A stretch of DNA of 64,000 nucleotides from Toensbergia leucococca (taxonomy: Eukaryota). The notes beneath the pieces were generated by a model. The model did not search any database. It saw nothing but the letters and a program-made list of their open reading frames with translations, and was not told the DNA's origin. Positions 39,552 to 51,483 of the stretch are shown here, piece by piece. How positions within the stretch are numbered: the first letter of the stretch is position 1; every line of letters begins with the position of its first letter. Location of the stretch: the NCBI GenBank assembly GCA_022813965.1, contig JALDZS010000024.1, forward strand, positions 62,001-126,000, written 5' to 3'. The position numbers and the translations under genes were made by a program.

Positions 39552-40513
39552 GGGGAATAGATGGATATGTGGATGTATTCTATGCGTTGAAGTCTTCAAT
39601 TGGACGTCGTTGACCAAGAAGGCATCTCTCAGTTGTACAAATTTGTGCTCCTCATGTACGTCAAAAGCTGGATGGATTTAGATCAATATGATGATGAAGT
39701 CATGCATGTCATTGAATCGAATCACAAACATAGTAACAATTATTCTTTTGAGTTGCGCAACGTTGACAAGAAGATTATCTATCGTCGACCAATTTCCTTT
39801 CCCGTTGCCTAAAAGTATTTGGTACGTTTGAGTAATTGGTGCTGCTAAATAGATCTAAATTAAGCTTATCCCTTTTCCCTTTTCCCCTTTCCTTGACTCC
39901 CTTGACGCCCTTCTTCTTATCGACCAGTTCCACACTGCACGCGTGCCTTCAAGAGCACACGTGATGTCATCCTGTCAAGGCTTATGTGAGTCTTGTGAGA
40001 TAAGGAGACTGGCATGTCAATGCTGGTAGCACGAGTACACATGTCCAAATTTTGAATCGCAAGTTGAATTGATGCCACAAGGTACCAGCAGAATTGACTT
40101 CAGAGTTGCGGGCAACCAGTCGATCTTCGGAATGGAATCTGGGGTATCCCATGCTATTGGACGAGGCTCCTGAAACGCGGCCAAATCGGATGGCTGAAGT
40201 TATGGCTATGTGAACGCCATCACACCCCGAATAAGACTCGCTACCCCATCTTTGAACTTAGCCTCGTCCTTATTATTTCTCGTATAAACTGGCGTTTATA
40301 TGCATCATTCCTTGGAAAGTCTCTAGTCGTCTTAACCACTGTCGCTCATTAACGTCGTTCCTTACATAGTCACTCATTACCACTTCTAGTCAAGTCAGCT
40401 GTTGCTTTGCTCCTTTCTTCTTTCTTTCCTTTTTTGCGTCTATGTTCTCATCCACTGTCCCTTCAGAAAACCCCCCCGCATCCTAATACAATACATCACT
40501 GTCGTTATCGAAG

Positions 40514-42486
40514 ATGCACATTAAAGTTGCTGTTCAAGTCGCCTTGGTATTCGCCTTGGCACAATTCAGCTCTGCCACTGCCATCCCTACTGATGATTCT
40601 ACCTTATACTATTCCTTGAGCAAGCGTACCTTGACTCCTGATAATACTTGTGGGGACGTCTTCAACGGAAATAACAACAGCTACACTTGCAATCCTGCCG
40701 CCCTCGGTTGCTGTTCCCAATATGGATACTGTGGTTAGTTGTGCTTTTTCATCCTTGCGACTATTGGCACTCGAAAAGTGAAGGAGCTGAGGAATTAACC
40801 TTACAGGAAATGCAACGGCCTATTGCGGAACCGGCTGCCAGCCAACATTTGGCACTTGCGCCGGCTCGGAATCCATCCTATCAGACCCCGATCAGTGTGG
40901 CCCTTCGAATGGGGACGCTGTTTGCTTGGCAGGTCTTTGCTGCTCAGCTGCTGGGTGAGATTGCTATGATGAAAATTTTAATACGACATTTCTGACAATC
41001 TCAGGTGGTGCGGGAACACTACGGATTATTGTAGCACTGGATGCCAGTCCAGCTTCGGAGACTGTAGCCCTAGTGTAGGAGGAGATGGCGCCGGTACTTG
41101 CGGTCCTGCGTTCAATAACCAGCAATGTCCAAGTGGACAGTGCTGTTCTCCTGCAGTATTATGCCCTTCCTAGTCTCAACTGTATTGCAATTAACACTCT
41201 TTCAGGGATACTGCGGTACTACTGAAGACTATTGCCAAGATCCTACTTGCCAATTCCAATATGGCACATGCGATTCCGACACCACTCCTGCAGGAACTTC
41301 CACCTTGACAGATCCACGACCACTACTCGGAAGTGTCTCTTATACTAACGATATCTATGATTGCGTGGAAGAAAATGCTGTGGCCCTTACTTATGACGAT
41401 GGTCCTTATAATTACACCAACGAGCTCCTCGATGTTCTACAGCAATTTGGCTTCCACGCGACCTTTTTTATTACTGGAAACAATCTAGGAAAAGGCCCTA
41501 TAGACACTACAGCTCCTTATCCAACAGTCATCCAGCGGATGATTGCAGAAGGGCATCAAGTAGCCTCGCACACGTGGTCACACTACAGTCTCCAAAATAT
41601 AACTTCGGACATGCGTAAGCAGCAGATGGTGAAGAACGAACGGGCACTCGCCAACATCATTGGGTACTATCCGACTTATATGCGTCCGCCCTACTCTCAG
41701 TGCGATGCCCCTTCGGGCTGCCAAGCAGATCTCCAATCTTTAGGCTATCACCGCATCTACTTTGATCTAGACACCCAGGATTACCTGAATCCGCTGCCAA
41801 CGCAGATTCAAAATTCGAAGAATATAGTCGAGGCTGCACTCACCAATACTGCTGGCCAGGGGGTCACTGATTACCTCTCGATCCAGCACGATATCGTTGA
41901 GCAGTCAGTTGCTAACTTGACCTCGTATTACTATGGTTTGATCCAAGCCAATGGCTGGAAGGGGGTCACTGCAGGCGAATGCCTAGGAGACCCTCAAAAG
42001 AACTGGTATCGTACACCTGGTACTGGCGCCGGTGTCAGTCTCTCCTCTACTCTCAAGTCTACTACAAGTACCCCTGCTTTGTCAATATCAACAAAAACAT
42101 CGACCTCGGTCTCCACAACCAAATCAGTGTCGTCGACATCAACCATAATATCTGTTCCAATTTCCACAACCAAATTAAGTTCCTTAACATCAACCACTAA
42201 ATCCACTTCAACCTCCAGTAAGCAATCCATCTCTGTGGCTGTGGCAGCAGTCTCAACCTGTGCTGTTCAGGCAGGAAAGTTCTGCGGCACGATAGCTTCG
42301 TTTGTCGACAAGGCTGGGTGTATGAAGAGTGCTGCAAGCTGCTATTTACAAGAGACAACATGTTCGACGCAGGCAGGAAGCGCGAATACAGCCAAATGCA
42401 CCCAATTCAACCAGATCTGTCAGAAGCTCAACCAGTACTGTGCTACATGCGGTTCCACATGCTCAAGTACAGCGTTCTCGGCCTAG
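40514..42486 (+). CDS. Secreted chitin deacetylase (CE4/NodB) with three CBM18 hevein domains, a Ser/Thr linker and a C-terminal Cys-rich domain
   Basis: Signal peptide; three CCS..G[YW]CG....C...CQ..[FY]G.C repeats, each split by an intron; CE4 motifs TYDDGP, HTWSH, RPPY, DTQDY and IQHD all present. Confidence 0.93.
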
Positions 42487-43242
42487 GGTTTGGGTAAGCA
42501 AGTTTGAGGAAAGTCCTGAGATTAGTGAAAAGTCTTCTGAACGGTAAAACTTGGCGTCGCCTGCCAAATGACTTTAGAGTAAGAAGTCAACGTCAAAAAG
42601 ATGCCAGGCATGATCCTTCCCTTAGGAGGATAGTAATAATAACCATTGAATACTATATCAATTCCTGACCAAAGTGGATTGAAAGCGAGCTTAGGCTTGT
42701 AAACAAACAGCATGATATTGTTATTGCAGTCCTGATTTTATTAAAGTACTCAGATACTCCGTGAGGCGCTGAACGATTTGGATGCTGATGGCATATTTCA
42801 CGAATCGGCATGATAAATATGGTCTTGTGTTGAAAGACCACCATGGTATGATTCCTGATTTATGCCTACCGATACATGCAGCTTTTCTGTGTATCGCTGT
42901 TCAGTAGCAGAAGGAGTAGCTCGGAACCGCACTCGAACCTGCGTAAGAGATCTTGCACTGCTGGTGATAAGGTTGAATTGTAGACACTTGAGACGCTGTG
43001 TGAACGGAGCACTCTGTTGGATATCCGTATTCTATTTACGGCTGAGGCGGGAATGAACTGTCATCCAAGATTCGATACAACGTCATAGTGTTCAATCTTC
43101 AGCTTCTGTGCTTGTATCAAATCCAGAATGCATGCCGAGATGTATTCCTAGATTAATCGGTTCATCGCTCAAATTTGTCCGTACACTTCATGGTTCTGGG
43201 TGACGGATGTAGACGCTTTCAGGTCTGCGACTCTCCACACAA

Positions 43243-44917
43243 ATGGCCGCCATTGCACGGCAAACCTCGAGTATGCACCGCACCATGAGTCTAGCTGCAC
43301 TGATATGCATCACCTTGGCCACGCAGGCGGCGGCGCATGAACATCATGATGATAACATACCGGAGGGAGAGGCAGTATCTCCAGACCCTATAGTGAGTCC
43401 GCTGCCTGTAGCTCATCCCAGTTCGATTTTAATATAGAATCTGCAGGATACTACATTATGGATCCACATCACTATCCAGATTCTCGCCTTCGGCCTCATC
43501 TTCCCCACGGGCATGGTCCTTGGAGTTTGTACCGCCTGTTCCGTGTTGTCCGCATGTTCCGTCAAGCTCTCCAAGCTAACCTCCTGCTCTACCAGATCGT
43601 CCGCTCCCGATGGCATGTCCCCCTTCAAACCCTCGGCGCCGTCCTCTCGGTCGTCGGCTACTTCCTCGGCCACGCTCATGGCGGCCGCCAATTCGCCCCA
43701 AACATTCACGCCTCCTTCGCCTCCTCCCTTATGATCATGCTTATTCTTCAAGTCGTCTTTGGCATTTATCTAAAATTACATTTGCAGAAAGGTATACATG
43801 CTCGTATACGGCGGTACACAGTCACTGCCCACGGCATCGTGGGCAAAATAATGCCAGTAGTGAGCTGGGTCCAGATGCTATTCGGTGGAATAACCGCGCT
43901 AGGGTTCTGTAGGGGAGATCATCTGGGCCAATGTCTAGCGCACTTTATCATGGGAAGTGCTTTTGTCGGTTATGGGATCATTTTGACGATTCTTTTACTG
44001 GTGGGACAATTGTGGTTGAAGCGAACGGGCCGGAGTCAGGAGTTCTTCGATAGCTTGGTCATCGCAGCGTGGGGATGCGTAAACACTTTCACCGAGCATC
44101 GATGGGGAGGGCCGTGGGTAGCAAACGATCTACAACACACAAGTATGGGGATTGTATGGTGGTGCGCAGGGCTGCTGGGAGTATGGCTGTCAAGAAAACG
44201 GGACGGGAGGGCAAAGAGGAATCTAATACCTGGGATTGTCATCCTACTCACCGGGTGGGCTATGAGTGCTCATCCTCAGGGACTTGAGCTCAGCACGCAT
44301 GTGCACTCGGTATTTGGCTACACGCTCATGGCAGCCGGGGCGACTCGCATTGTCGAGATTGCCTTTGTGCTGCGTGACAGGAATTCCATCTCCTCCACCT
44401 ACAGCGAGGAAACAAGCAGCTTTCAATATCTTCCCCCTTTTGTAAGTCTCCCACCAGCCAAATCTCTGCACCCAAAGAACCCCAATCGCCAAAAGGCATT
44501 AAAAGTAAAAAAACGTCAACTAATCCACTAACCCCCAACCAGCTTCTCTACGCTTCAGGCTTCCTCTTCATGGGCGCCACCGAAGAACAAATGGCCCTCC
44601 TCTCCGCTGCCCATGTGTCCCACGTCTCCTACATTCTGATCCTCTACAGCATCTCCTTCCTCCTCTTCCTCTTCGTCAGCATGCTGCTCCACCTCTACGC
44701 CGTGCACGTCTGGCCCATTGACCGAAAAAAATCAGCCAAGCCTGTCATCAAGCTGAATGGAAGTGCTTCTGCGGAGGGAGGGAAGTTACGCGCGGCGAAC
44801 GGGCATGTGGAGAGGAGGGTGAGGGATGCGGAGGAGTTTGAGCTGGAGGGGCTGATTAGTGAGGGGGAGAGCGAGGCGGGGGAGGGGACTGGGAAGAAAA
44901 TCAGAGGGGTGGTGTAG
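43243..44917 (+). CDS. YTP1: Ytp1-like polytopic membrane protein (cytochrome b561-like N-terminal part)
   Basis: Signal peptide then HEHH; LWIHI..Q; GHAHGGRQF; GQCLAHFIMGSAF; NTFTEH; DLQHTSMG; FMGATEEQ; three introns. Confidence 0.88.
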
Positions 44918-45331
44918 ATGGATTGGGTGCGTGCTTTTCAGAGAGGTTGCGAGGAGGCGTTCTAGGAGGTGGAGATTTTCATTGGAGATATGGTGTTGGG
45001 GTGGGTGGCTTATATTGGCTTCTTTTTCTGTGGCATATTTCGATAGATGACCAAGCATGTAATTGATCTCAAATGCAGCGGCATTACACACTCTTATGGC
45101 AACAGATGCAGACCCTACCATTCGAATTCTGCACAAGCACACCCTACCTTCCCTTCACTTCCCTGGGCTCCTACTTATCTCCCTCCACACTACAACATCC
45201 GCGTCAACACTCATCCCCACCAAAACACCAAAGTCACACAAATCTACGCACCAAGCCCCGAAAGGCACGACCAGAGTCACCAGAGGCAAGATCTCCCATT
45301 ACATCTGCCTCACTAAATTTTAAAAATCCAA

Positions 45332-45465
45332 ACGCACACGCATAAACTAACGGCGACACAGGGCTCATCCCCCCCTGGCCGATCCAAAGGGAAAAAAATG
45401 TAAAATTCCACGCACACGCATAAACTAAAAGGCGACACAAGGCTCATTCCCCCTTGGCCGATCAA
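45332..45465. repeat. Two-copy direct repeat with a 78-bp period, each copy followed by an A-rich tract
   Basis: ACGCACACGCATAAACTAA..GGCGACACA.GGCTCAT.CCCC.TGGCCGATC at 45332 and 45410. Confidence 0.85.
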
Positions 45466-45662
45466 GAAGAAAAGAAAAAAAAATAAAAGGGAATTTTGAA
45501 AAGTCCCACCCAAGGTCGTTAATGATCCCTTTCCCCCCCGGCCCTCGGTCCAAATCCGCCGGGCCAACCCATCCCAGTATCAAAAATCGTCGAGAATAGA
45601 AAGAAAGAGAGGTTGCGGAAGAAAATGCTTGTCCGAGTTGTTATTTTTGCCATCGCTGGCAA

Positions 45663-46960
45663 TCAACTACGGTTCATGGGTATGAGCTCGATCCCCTCTT
45701 CTCCAGTTCCGCGGCCACCGTGCAGACGCTGAGGCTGGAATCCGGACCGCGAGGAGGAAGGACTTGGAGGTGGGGAGGAGTGGTGGTGATGGCCCGAGCG
45801 AGATTGACGGTCCTGAGGCGGGCGGTCTTGCTGCTGCCGTGCTCGGTGCTCCTCCTTCTTCACATGACGTTCGAATCGTCTCAGGCGGTTTTCCTCGGCT
45901 TGCGCCAATTCTCGTGCTGCGTGTACGTCTGCTGGGGTTTCTATATCTGACGAGACCCAGTGGATGATTATGGCTTGCCAGGTGACTAGTCAAAGTTAAT
46001 GACTTGAAGCACGAGCTTGTTGGATGGAGCAATGACTTACTATCTATGGTGCAGATTGTAAAGCATAGCCAGCCCTGCTCTCGCCCGTGGATTCGGAACA
46101 AGATTACGAGATTTGCCGTGGTGGGGATTACGATTGCGCAGGCCCCCATCAGGCATCGGTAAGCCAAGATCTCAAGCCGTAACGGCGGTGTTGAAGCGAT
46201 CAGCGTCGGGTGGACAAAGGGTAGGTCAGAAAAGACCCGTTGCCATAGACCACGTGTTCTCGTCGTTCCAGTATGTTTCTGACAGGTCCTGAAGAAGACA
46301 CCGCACAGCCCAAAGTTTAGAACAATATCGTAGCTGAGTAAAGGGATGGTAACTTTGAGTGGCAGTCCAATTCGGCATCGCCCATCGACAGGTGAGATGT
46401 CAACCACAGGAAAAAGGAAAGCAACGATGGCTATTGTTCCAAATCCCAGACCCACCGCCGCAAGCCCCAACCAGAACAATGGCATCTTGATACGTTCTTC
46501 TTCCTCCTGAATACTTGCCATACGTTCTACTAAATAAACATATAACAGTACTTTTCCCCCCACATAAAAAACAAGGCAGAGGTAAATGCCTGCACGGCAC
46601 GTCGTTGCACTTGCTAAGTCCCATGCACCCACGAGAAATCGTCCCGAGACAACGAATAGAATTGCATCGAAGTAGATGCTTAGAATTAAAACCTTAGTCA
46701 GGTTTAGGCGTCGTGGTTTTGGACCAAACAGGCTCGATACTCGTTGATCTAGAGACTTGTAAGCATGTGATAATCAAAACTTATGACTTGAACATACATG
46801 TTAGAATCGTTAGTACTACGAGACTGAGGAGCGAGATAGCTGTGTATATTATTCGGCCTTTTAGAGGTGAATGTGCAACTATGACCGTAGCGATCGGAGT
46901 AGCAAGAATAGTCCACGGAAATAGTAGGCAGAAGATCATAAATTCCATGAAGGACGGCAT
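45663..46960 (-). CDS. Orphan seven-transmembrane (GPCR-like) membrane protein
   Basis: Spliced with introns ~46749-46796 and ~45987-46040. Signal-like N-terminus plus seven hydrophobic helices; Cys at the top of TM3, Cys in ECL2 (DGRCRIG), and ER at the end of TM3. Confidence 0.75.
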
Positions 46961-46984
46961 TGTGACTGAGAGATGAAAAGTCAA

Positions 46985-47290
46985 AGTGATCGTGAGTAGC
47001 TTGACTGAAGAACGTATGTGAAGAAACTGCTTTGTGGGCGTAGGATGTGTACAGCTGTGGCAAAGTGGTGGGCCTGACAGTAACTAGAAGATGATAGAAC
47101 CAACCTTGACTGAATGTAGGATGTGTGTAGCTGTAGGACAGTGATCGTGGATAGAATGTGACAATCAAGCCCTGAGACAAGGGAATCTGCTTGTAGGCGT
47201 AGGAGGTGTGCAGCTGTGTAGCTTTTCCTAAGTGATCGTAGATAGAATGTGATGAATCAAGCCCTGAGACAAGAGACTCTGCTTGTAGGT
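46985..47290. repeat. Degenerate ~75-90-bp tandem repeat array upstream of the 7-TM gene
   Basis: AGTGATCGT.GATAGAATGTGA..AATCAAGCCCTGAGACAAG.GA.TCTGCTTGTAGG at ~47140 and ~47231; GTAGGA.GTGT..AGCTGT at ~47040, ~47116 and ~47200; AGTGATCGTG also at 46985. Confidence 0.75.
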
Positions 47291-49457
47291 ATAAAAATGC
47301 TCTGCACGAAGTGTTTGTGTATCGAGTGTCTTTGTATCAATGGCTGCTTCCTGGGAGAACAATGTTGGGTTGTAAGATTGTAAGATTGTAGGATATTGAG
47401 AAGGATTGAACCGTGAATCTTGATATCTGAACACCTTTAGGGGTTGACTGAGTTTTGGATGGGGTGGGCTGGGTTGTAAGACTGCAAAGGAAGATACCGA
47501 AGATGACTGAGTTGTGAATTCTGATGTCTGAAAACCTTAAGGGGCTGGTGGTCCGACCGATGGAACGACACTCCAAAATCTTAAGACGTAAATAGTTGCA
47601 TCTTTGCATCTTCAAAGTTAACGTTTCTTCTTGTTTGTCTCATGAGTTCCTCCAAAGCTGGATAACAATGCGACACACTCTATGCACTCTCCTTTCCGAC
47701 CGTGCCAATCCCATCTATTGCACCTGAGGAGCCTCAAAAAAGGCACGACGAGACTGGATTGACCAAGCATAAGGCCATATATGGTATCCTAGTCTTTTCA
47801 GTACTTCAAGAGGCATACTCTGCATTTATCCAAATCCCGTTACGTGGGTTGATGCGGCCAGGATACCTCGTTGAGCATAAGGACGACTCCTAATCAACCT
47901 GCAAAAAGACGGCGAACAAATCCTGTAGTTTACCACCAAAGAGGTAATGTCATACTCTTGAAAGCTGGTAGCTCAATCCGGAGAATGAGGTAATCAATCG
48001 TTGCACAGGTACGTTTTCGTCAAGCCAGAGAGAGACTATATCTCGTTGGGAGATCATGGAGAGCAGCCAACTCTCATCGTCGGTACCTACAGAAGACTCC
48101 ATGGAGAAAGGCACCTTCATGCCGATTTAGAGAGAAACACACATTTCCCGTGGAGGTCATGGAGAGAAGTAAATGTTCTCCGTGGAAGAGAAGAAACAGC
48201 CCATGGAAAGAGGGACTTTCTCCAAAGACCATGAAAAGAGAGTTGAGCACTGTGTGGAAGGTGTCAATATCGGTAGGACTGAAGACTTAAAGAAAGACAA
48301 GGATCAAAGGTATCTTATAGCCATGCCCAGGGTCCCATGACTTGGACTCAGCCCGAGACACAAAATTGTGTTCACCGAGCTTATCTCAAGCCATAGCTCA
48401 TTTTCTTTAGGCTGTGCAACATAGGGGCGCAGGCCTCGACAGGGGACAAGCAAAGGCAGCCAGGTAGGGTTGTCTTCGGGTCTGCCAACAGGATATAGGA
48501 GAGAAAGTGGGAGAAAAGAAGGGAACATTAAAGTCGACAAGGCCACATTAGATTTTCTATGCCTCATACATCTCTAGGACAATTGAGACTGACGAGATAG
48601 CTTGGAGACTGAGATTGATGTTACCTCGTCCAAGGAATCTCATCAGTCGCCTACCTAGACAGGCTCACTGCCACCACAACGATCAAGATGCCTCAGCCGG
48701 ATGCCTCTCGCCGGCGCCGGTCAGCCAGACTTTGCTCATATGTCAGGACTGACCGAGACACAAGCATTCAATGAGTGGTGAGTGGTCAAGGGTTCATTGA
48801 CGATCTGAAGTGAAGATGAAAGTGGATGTAGAGCGCTGAGGACAAGAGGTTCAGTCAAAGAGCACCTCGACGTCGATATAGACTTTCGGTAAGAGCAGCA
48901 TGACGGGGGTCAGCTCTGACAGAGATGATCACGGTCAAGGACGCAGTTGAAAAAGCTACTCTGGCAGCGAGAAAAAGCAAGAGTCTCAGGTGCACAGCTT
49001 CATTTTCTAATTCACATTGCAGGTCTTACAAGGCGAATAAGGAGGATAGTCAGAACATTCATTTCTATTCCCTCTATTCCCATTCATTGGGAACCGGAGC
49101 TGGAAAGAGGGGGTGAATGGGGAAAGCTTAGCTGTGGGGTATTGAGTCTTCCAATACTCTGGAACTTCCTTTGATATTGTTTTGGCAAGAAATACAGTCG
49201 CACAGCTAGAAAAGGAGCTCAGATTGGAAGACATGTAGTCTTGAAAAGTGTGCCGGATAAATCATGATCAGATTCCGTTTCTCCAAAATCAAAAGCCACT
49301 TTACGTAATCCATTCTTGCCGCCACCACCACCACTGACCAGTACTCTATGGATATTCTATTCTACTTCGTGTTCTACCCTTAGCCTGCTATCCGTACCAT
49401 CACTGCCGTTGCCTAATTCCAAGCAATCTACGATACTACAAGGTCCAACCCATCAAC

Positions 49458-50510
49458 ATGCCTCGTGCCGAAGTGGGTTCTACTAAATTCCTGAATAACA
49501 AGCTCAAAAGCAAAGGCCTCCAGCGTCTAAGATGGTTCTGCCAGGTGAGTCAACGCTGCCTCCATCCTGACTCTTTTACCAAGCTAATATCTTAGGTTTG
49601 CGAGCGCCAGATGCGCGATGAGAATGGCTTCAAATGCCATACCCAATCCGAGTCCCATGTCCGTCAAATGTTGCTTATAGGTGAAGATCCCCGGAAGCAT
49701 ATCTCAGACTACTCCAGCCAGTTCCAGCGCGATTTCCTCCAACTGCTCCGAACCTCTCACGGTGAGAAGAAAATCAACATGAATCATTTCTATCAAGAGT
49801 ACATCTCCAACAAAGAGCATGTACACATGAATTCCACCCGGTGGCCTTCACTGACCGAGTTCGCAAAACATTTGGGACGTGAGGGTATTTGTAGGGTGGA
49901 AGATACCGAGAAAGGCCTGCATGTGGCTTGGATTGACAACAGTCCCGAGGCATTAAGGAGGCAAGACGCGATACGCAAGAAGGAGAGGCAGGATAAGGGG
50001 GATGAGGAGAGGGAACAAAAGCTGATTAGGGAACAAGTGGAGAGGGCAAGGATGGACGCTGAGGAGAAGATGAATGATGAAGAAGATGACAAGGTAGGGG
50101 TGTTGGAGAGAGAAGATGGGGAGAAGATCAAGCTGGATTTTGGTTTGAAGTCGAAGGACAGCCAAGGCGTACCACCACATCCAGCTGCTGAGGATGAAGG
50201 TGACGGCGAACCGACGCCAGAAGTGACTAGTGAAGAGTCAACACAACAACCAGCAGTTATACCTGCTGGTCCTTCTGAAAAGGTGTCTTTAAAGATGAGC
50301 ATAGGTAACAAGCCGAAGAACGTTTTTGCTGCCGCGTCAAAGAAAAATGCACTCGACAGACTGAAAGCTGGGCATCAGGAGCTGCCTAAGAAGTCGATGA
50401 GCGAGGCGGAGAGAATAATGAAGGACGAAATAGAACGGAAGCGTTTGCGAGAAGCTAATGGCTTCGTCGGCCTCAACACAAAACGGCAAAAGATATCATC
50501 AGCTCGATAG
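49458..50510 (+). CDS. RTS2: KIN17/Rts2 zinc-finger DNA/RNA-binding protein
   Basis: MPRAEVGSTK...KGLQRLRWFCQ|VCERQMRDENGFKCHTQSESH and HVHMNSTRWPSLTEFAKHLGREG; one intron. Confidence 0.95.
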
Positions 50511-51483
50511 GATTGGATTGGGATGGATTACAACCAGGCGATATTATTTACAAGCATAGCATGGCGTTTGGCGTCGAGCCATGGGAAATGCACAAGGCAA
50601 GGGTATCGACGATAAGTCTATCTGATTACTCCACGATTCATAGAACGAGAGACGAATGTACGATCTACGAAGATTCAGTGCAACCAAAATCCTCGCACGT
50701 ATTCTATATTGCAAGTGCCTAGTCCTTAATGTCCATCCTATGCACGATTCAGCTCTCCGTACAGTGGAACGTTAAAATTCAATGACTTCTATTTCGACCC
50801 GCTGGACTTAGAGTTTTCATTTTTTCTGTTACAGGACGCTTGAGAGATGACTCGAATTGCGAGTGATTTCTTAGGCTGGGCCCGAATATGAGAACCGAGT
50901 TTGTCTTGGATTGGGTACGAGTAGCTTTGGCAGATGGAGATCAAACTAGGATTTCGATTCGAGTCTTCTCTTGTTTGCGATTGCTTCATCTACTTCTCTC
51001 TATTTGTACACTCTTACGCGTATCTAGTCCAGATCGATGCATACATGAGCTTCTTTTTCACCTTTTTCCATGCTTCACTCATCTTTCTTCTGACTTCCTG
51101 GTCAATAGTTTGTTACATGACAATATCGCCTTCTTATCATATCCAAGAAAACCCTTGCACCGATTGACCTCTTCCTACCTGTCATTCATGACAGCCGGCC
51201 GATTTCTTGGCCAAAGACTAAATCCCTTGCAATACTACTGCTCCTCTGAAACAGCGCGGCTTATCATTAAGCAACGGACAGCTATCGTCAAGCGTGCACA
51301 ACTTTGAAACCTCTTTACCCCTACATGCGCAAAACCTTCCTCTAGCAACACCCTGTCTCGATCGTCAATGATAAACATGGATTCAATTCACCGTTCAATC
51401 CTTTTCATACTGCTTGCAATCCTGGTCTTTCAGAAGTGCCTATTCACCACTAACATCCTCAAGTTCATTATTCTCATAAACAG

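Noticed and set aside
46985..47290. Repeat-spacer appearance suggesting a CRISPR-like array (also at 45332 and 18251)
   Set aside because: Eukaryotic context, few degenerate copies, no constant repeat with unique equal-length spacers, and no cas genes.
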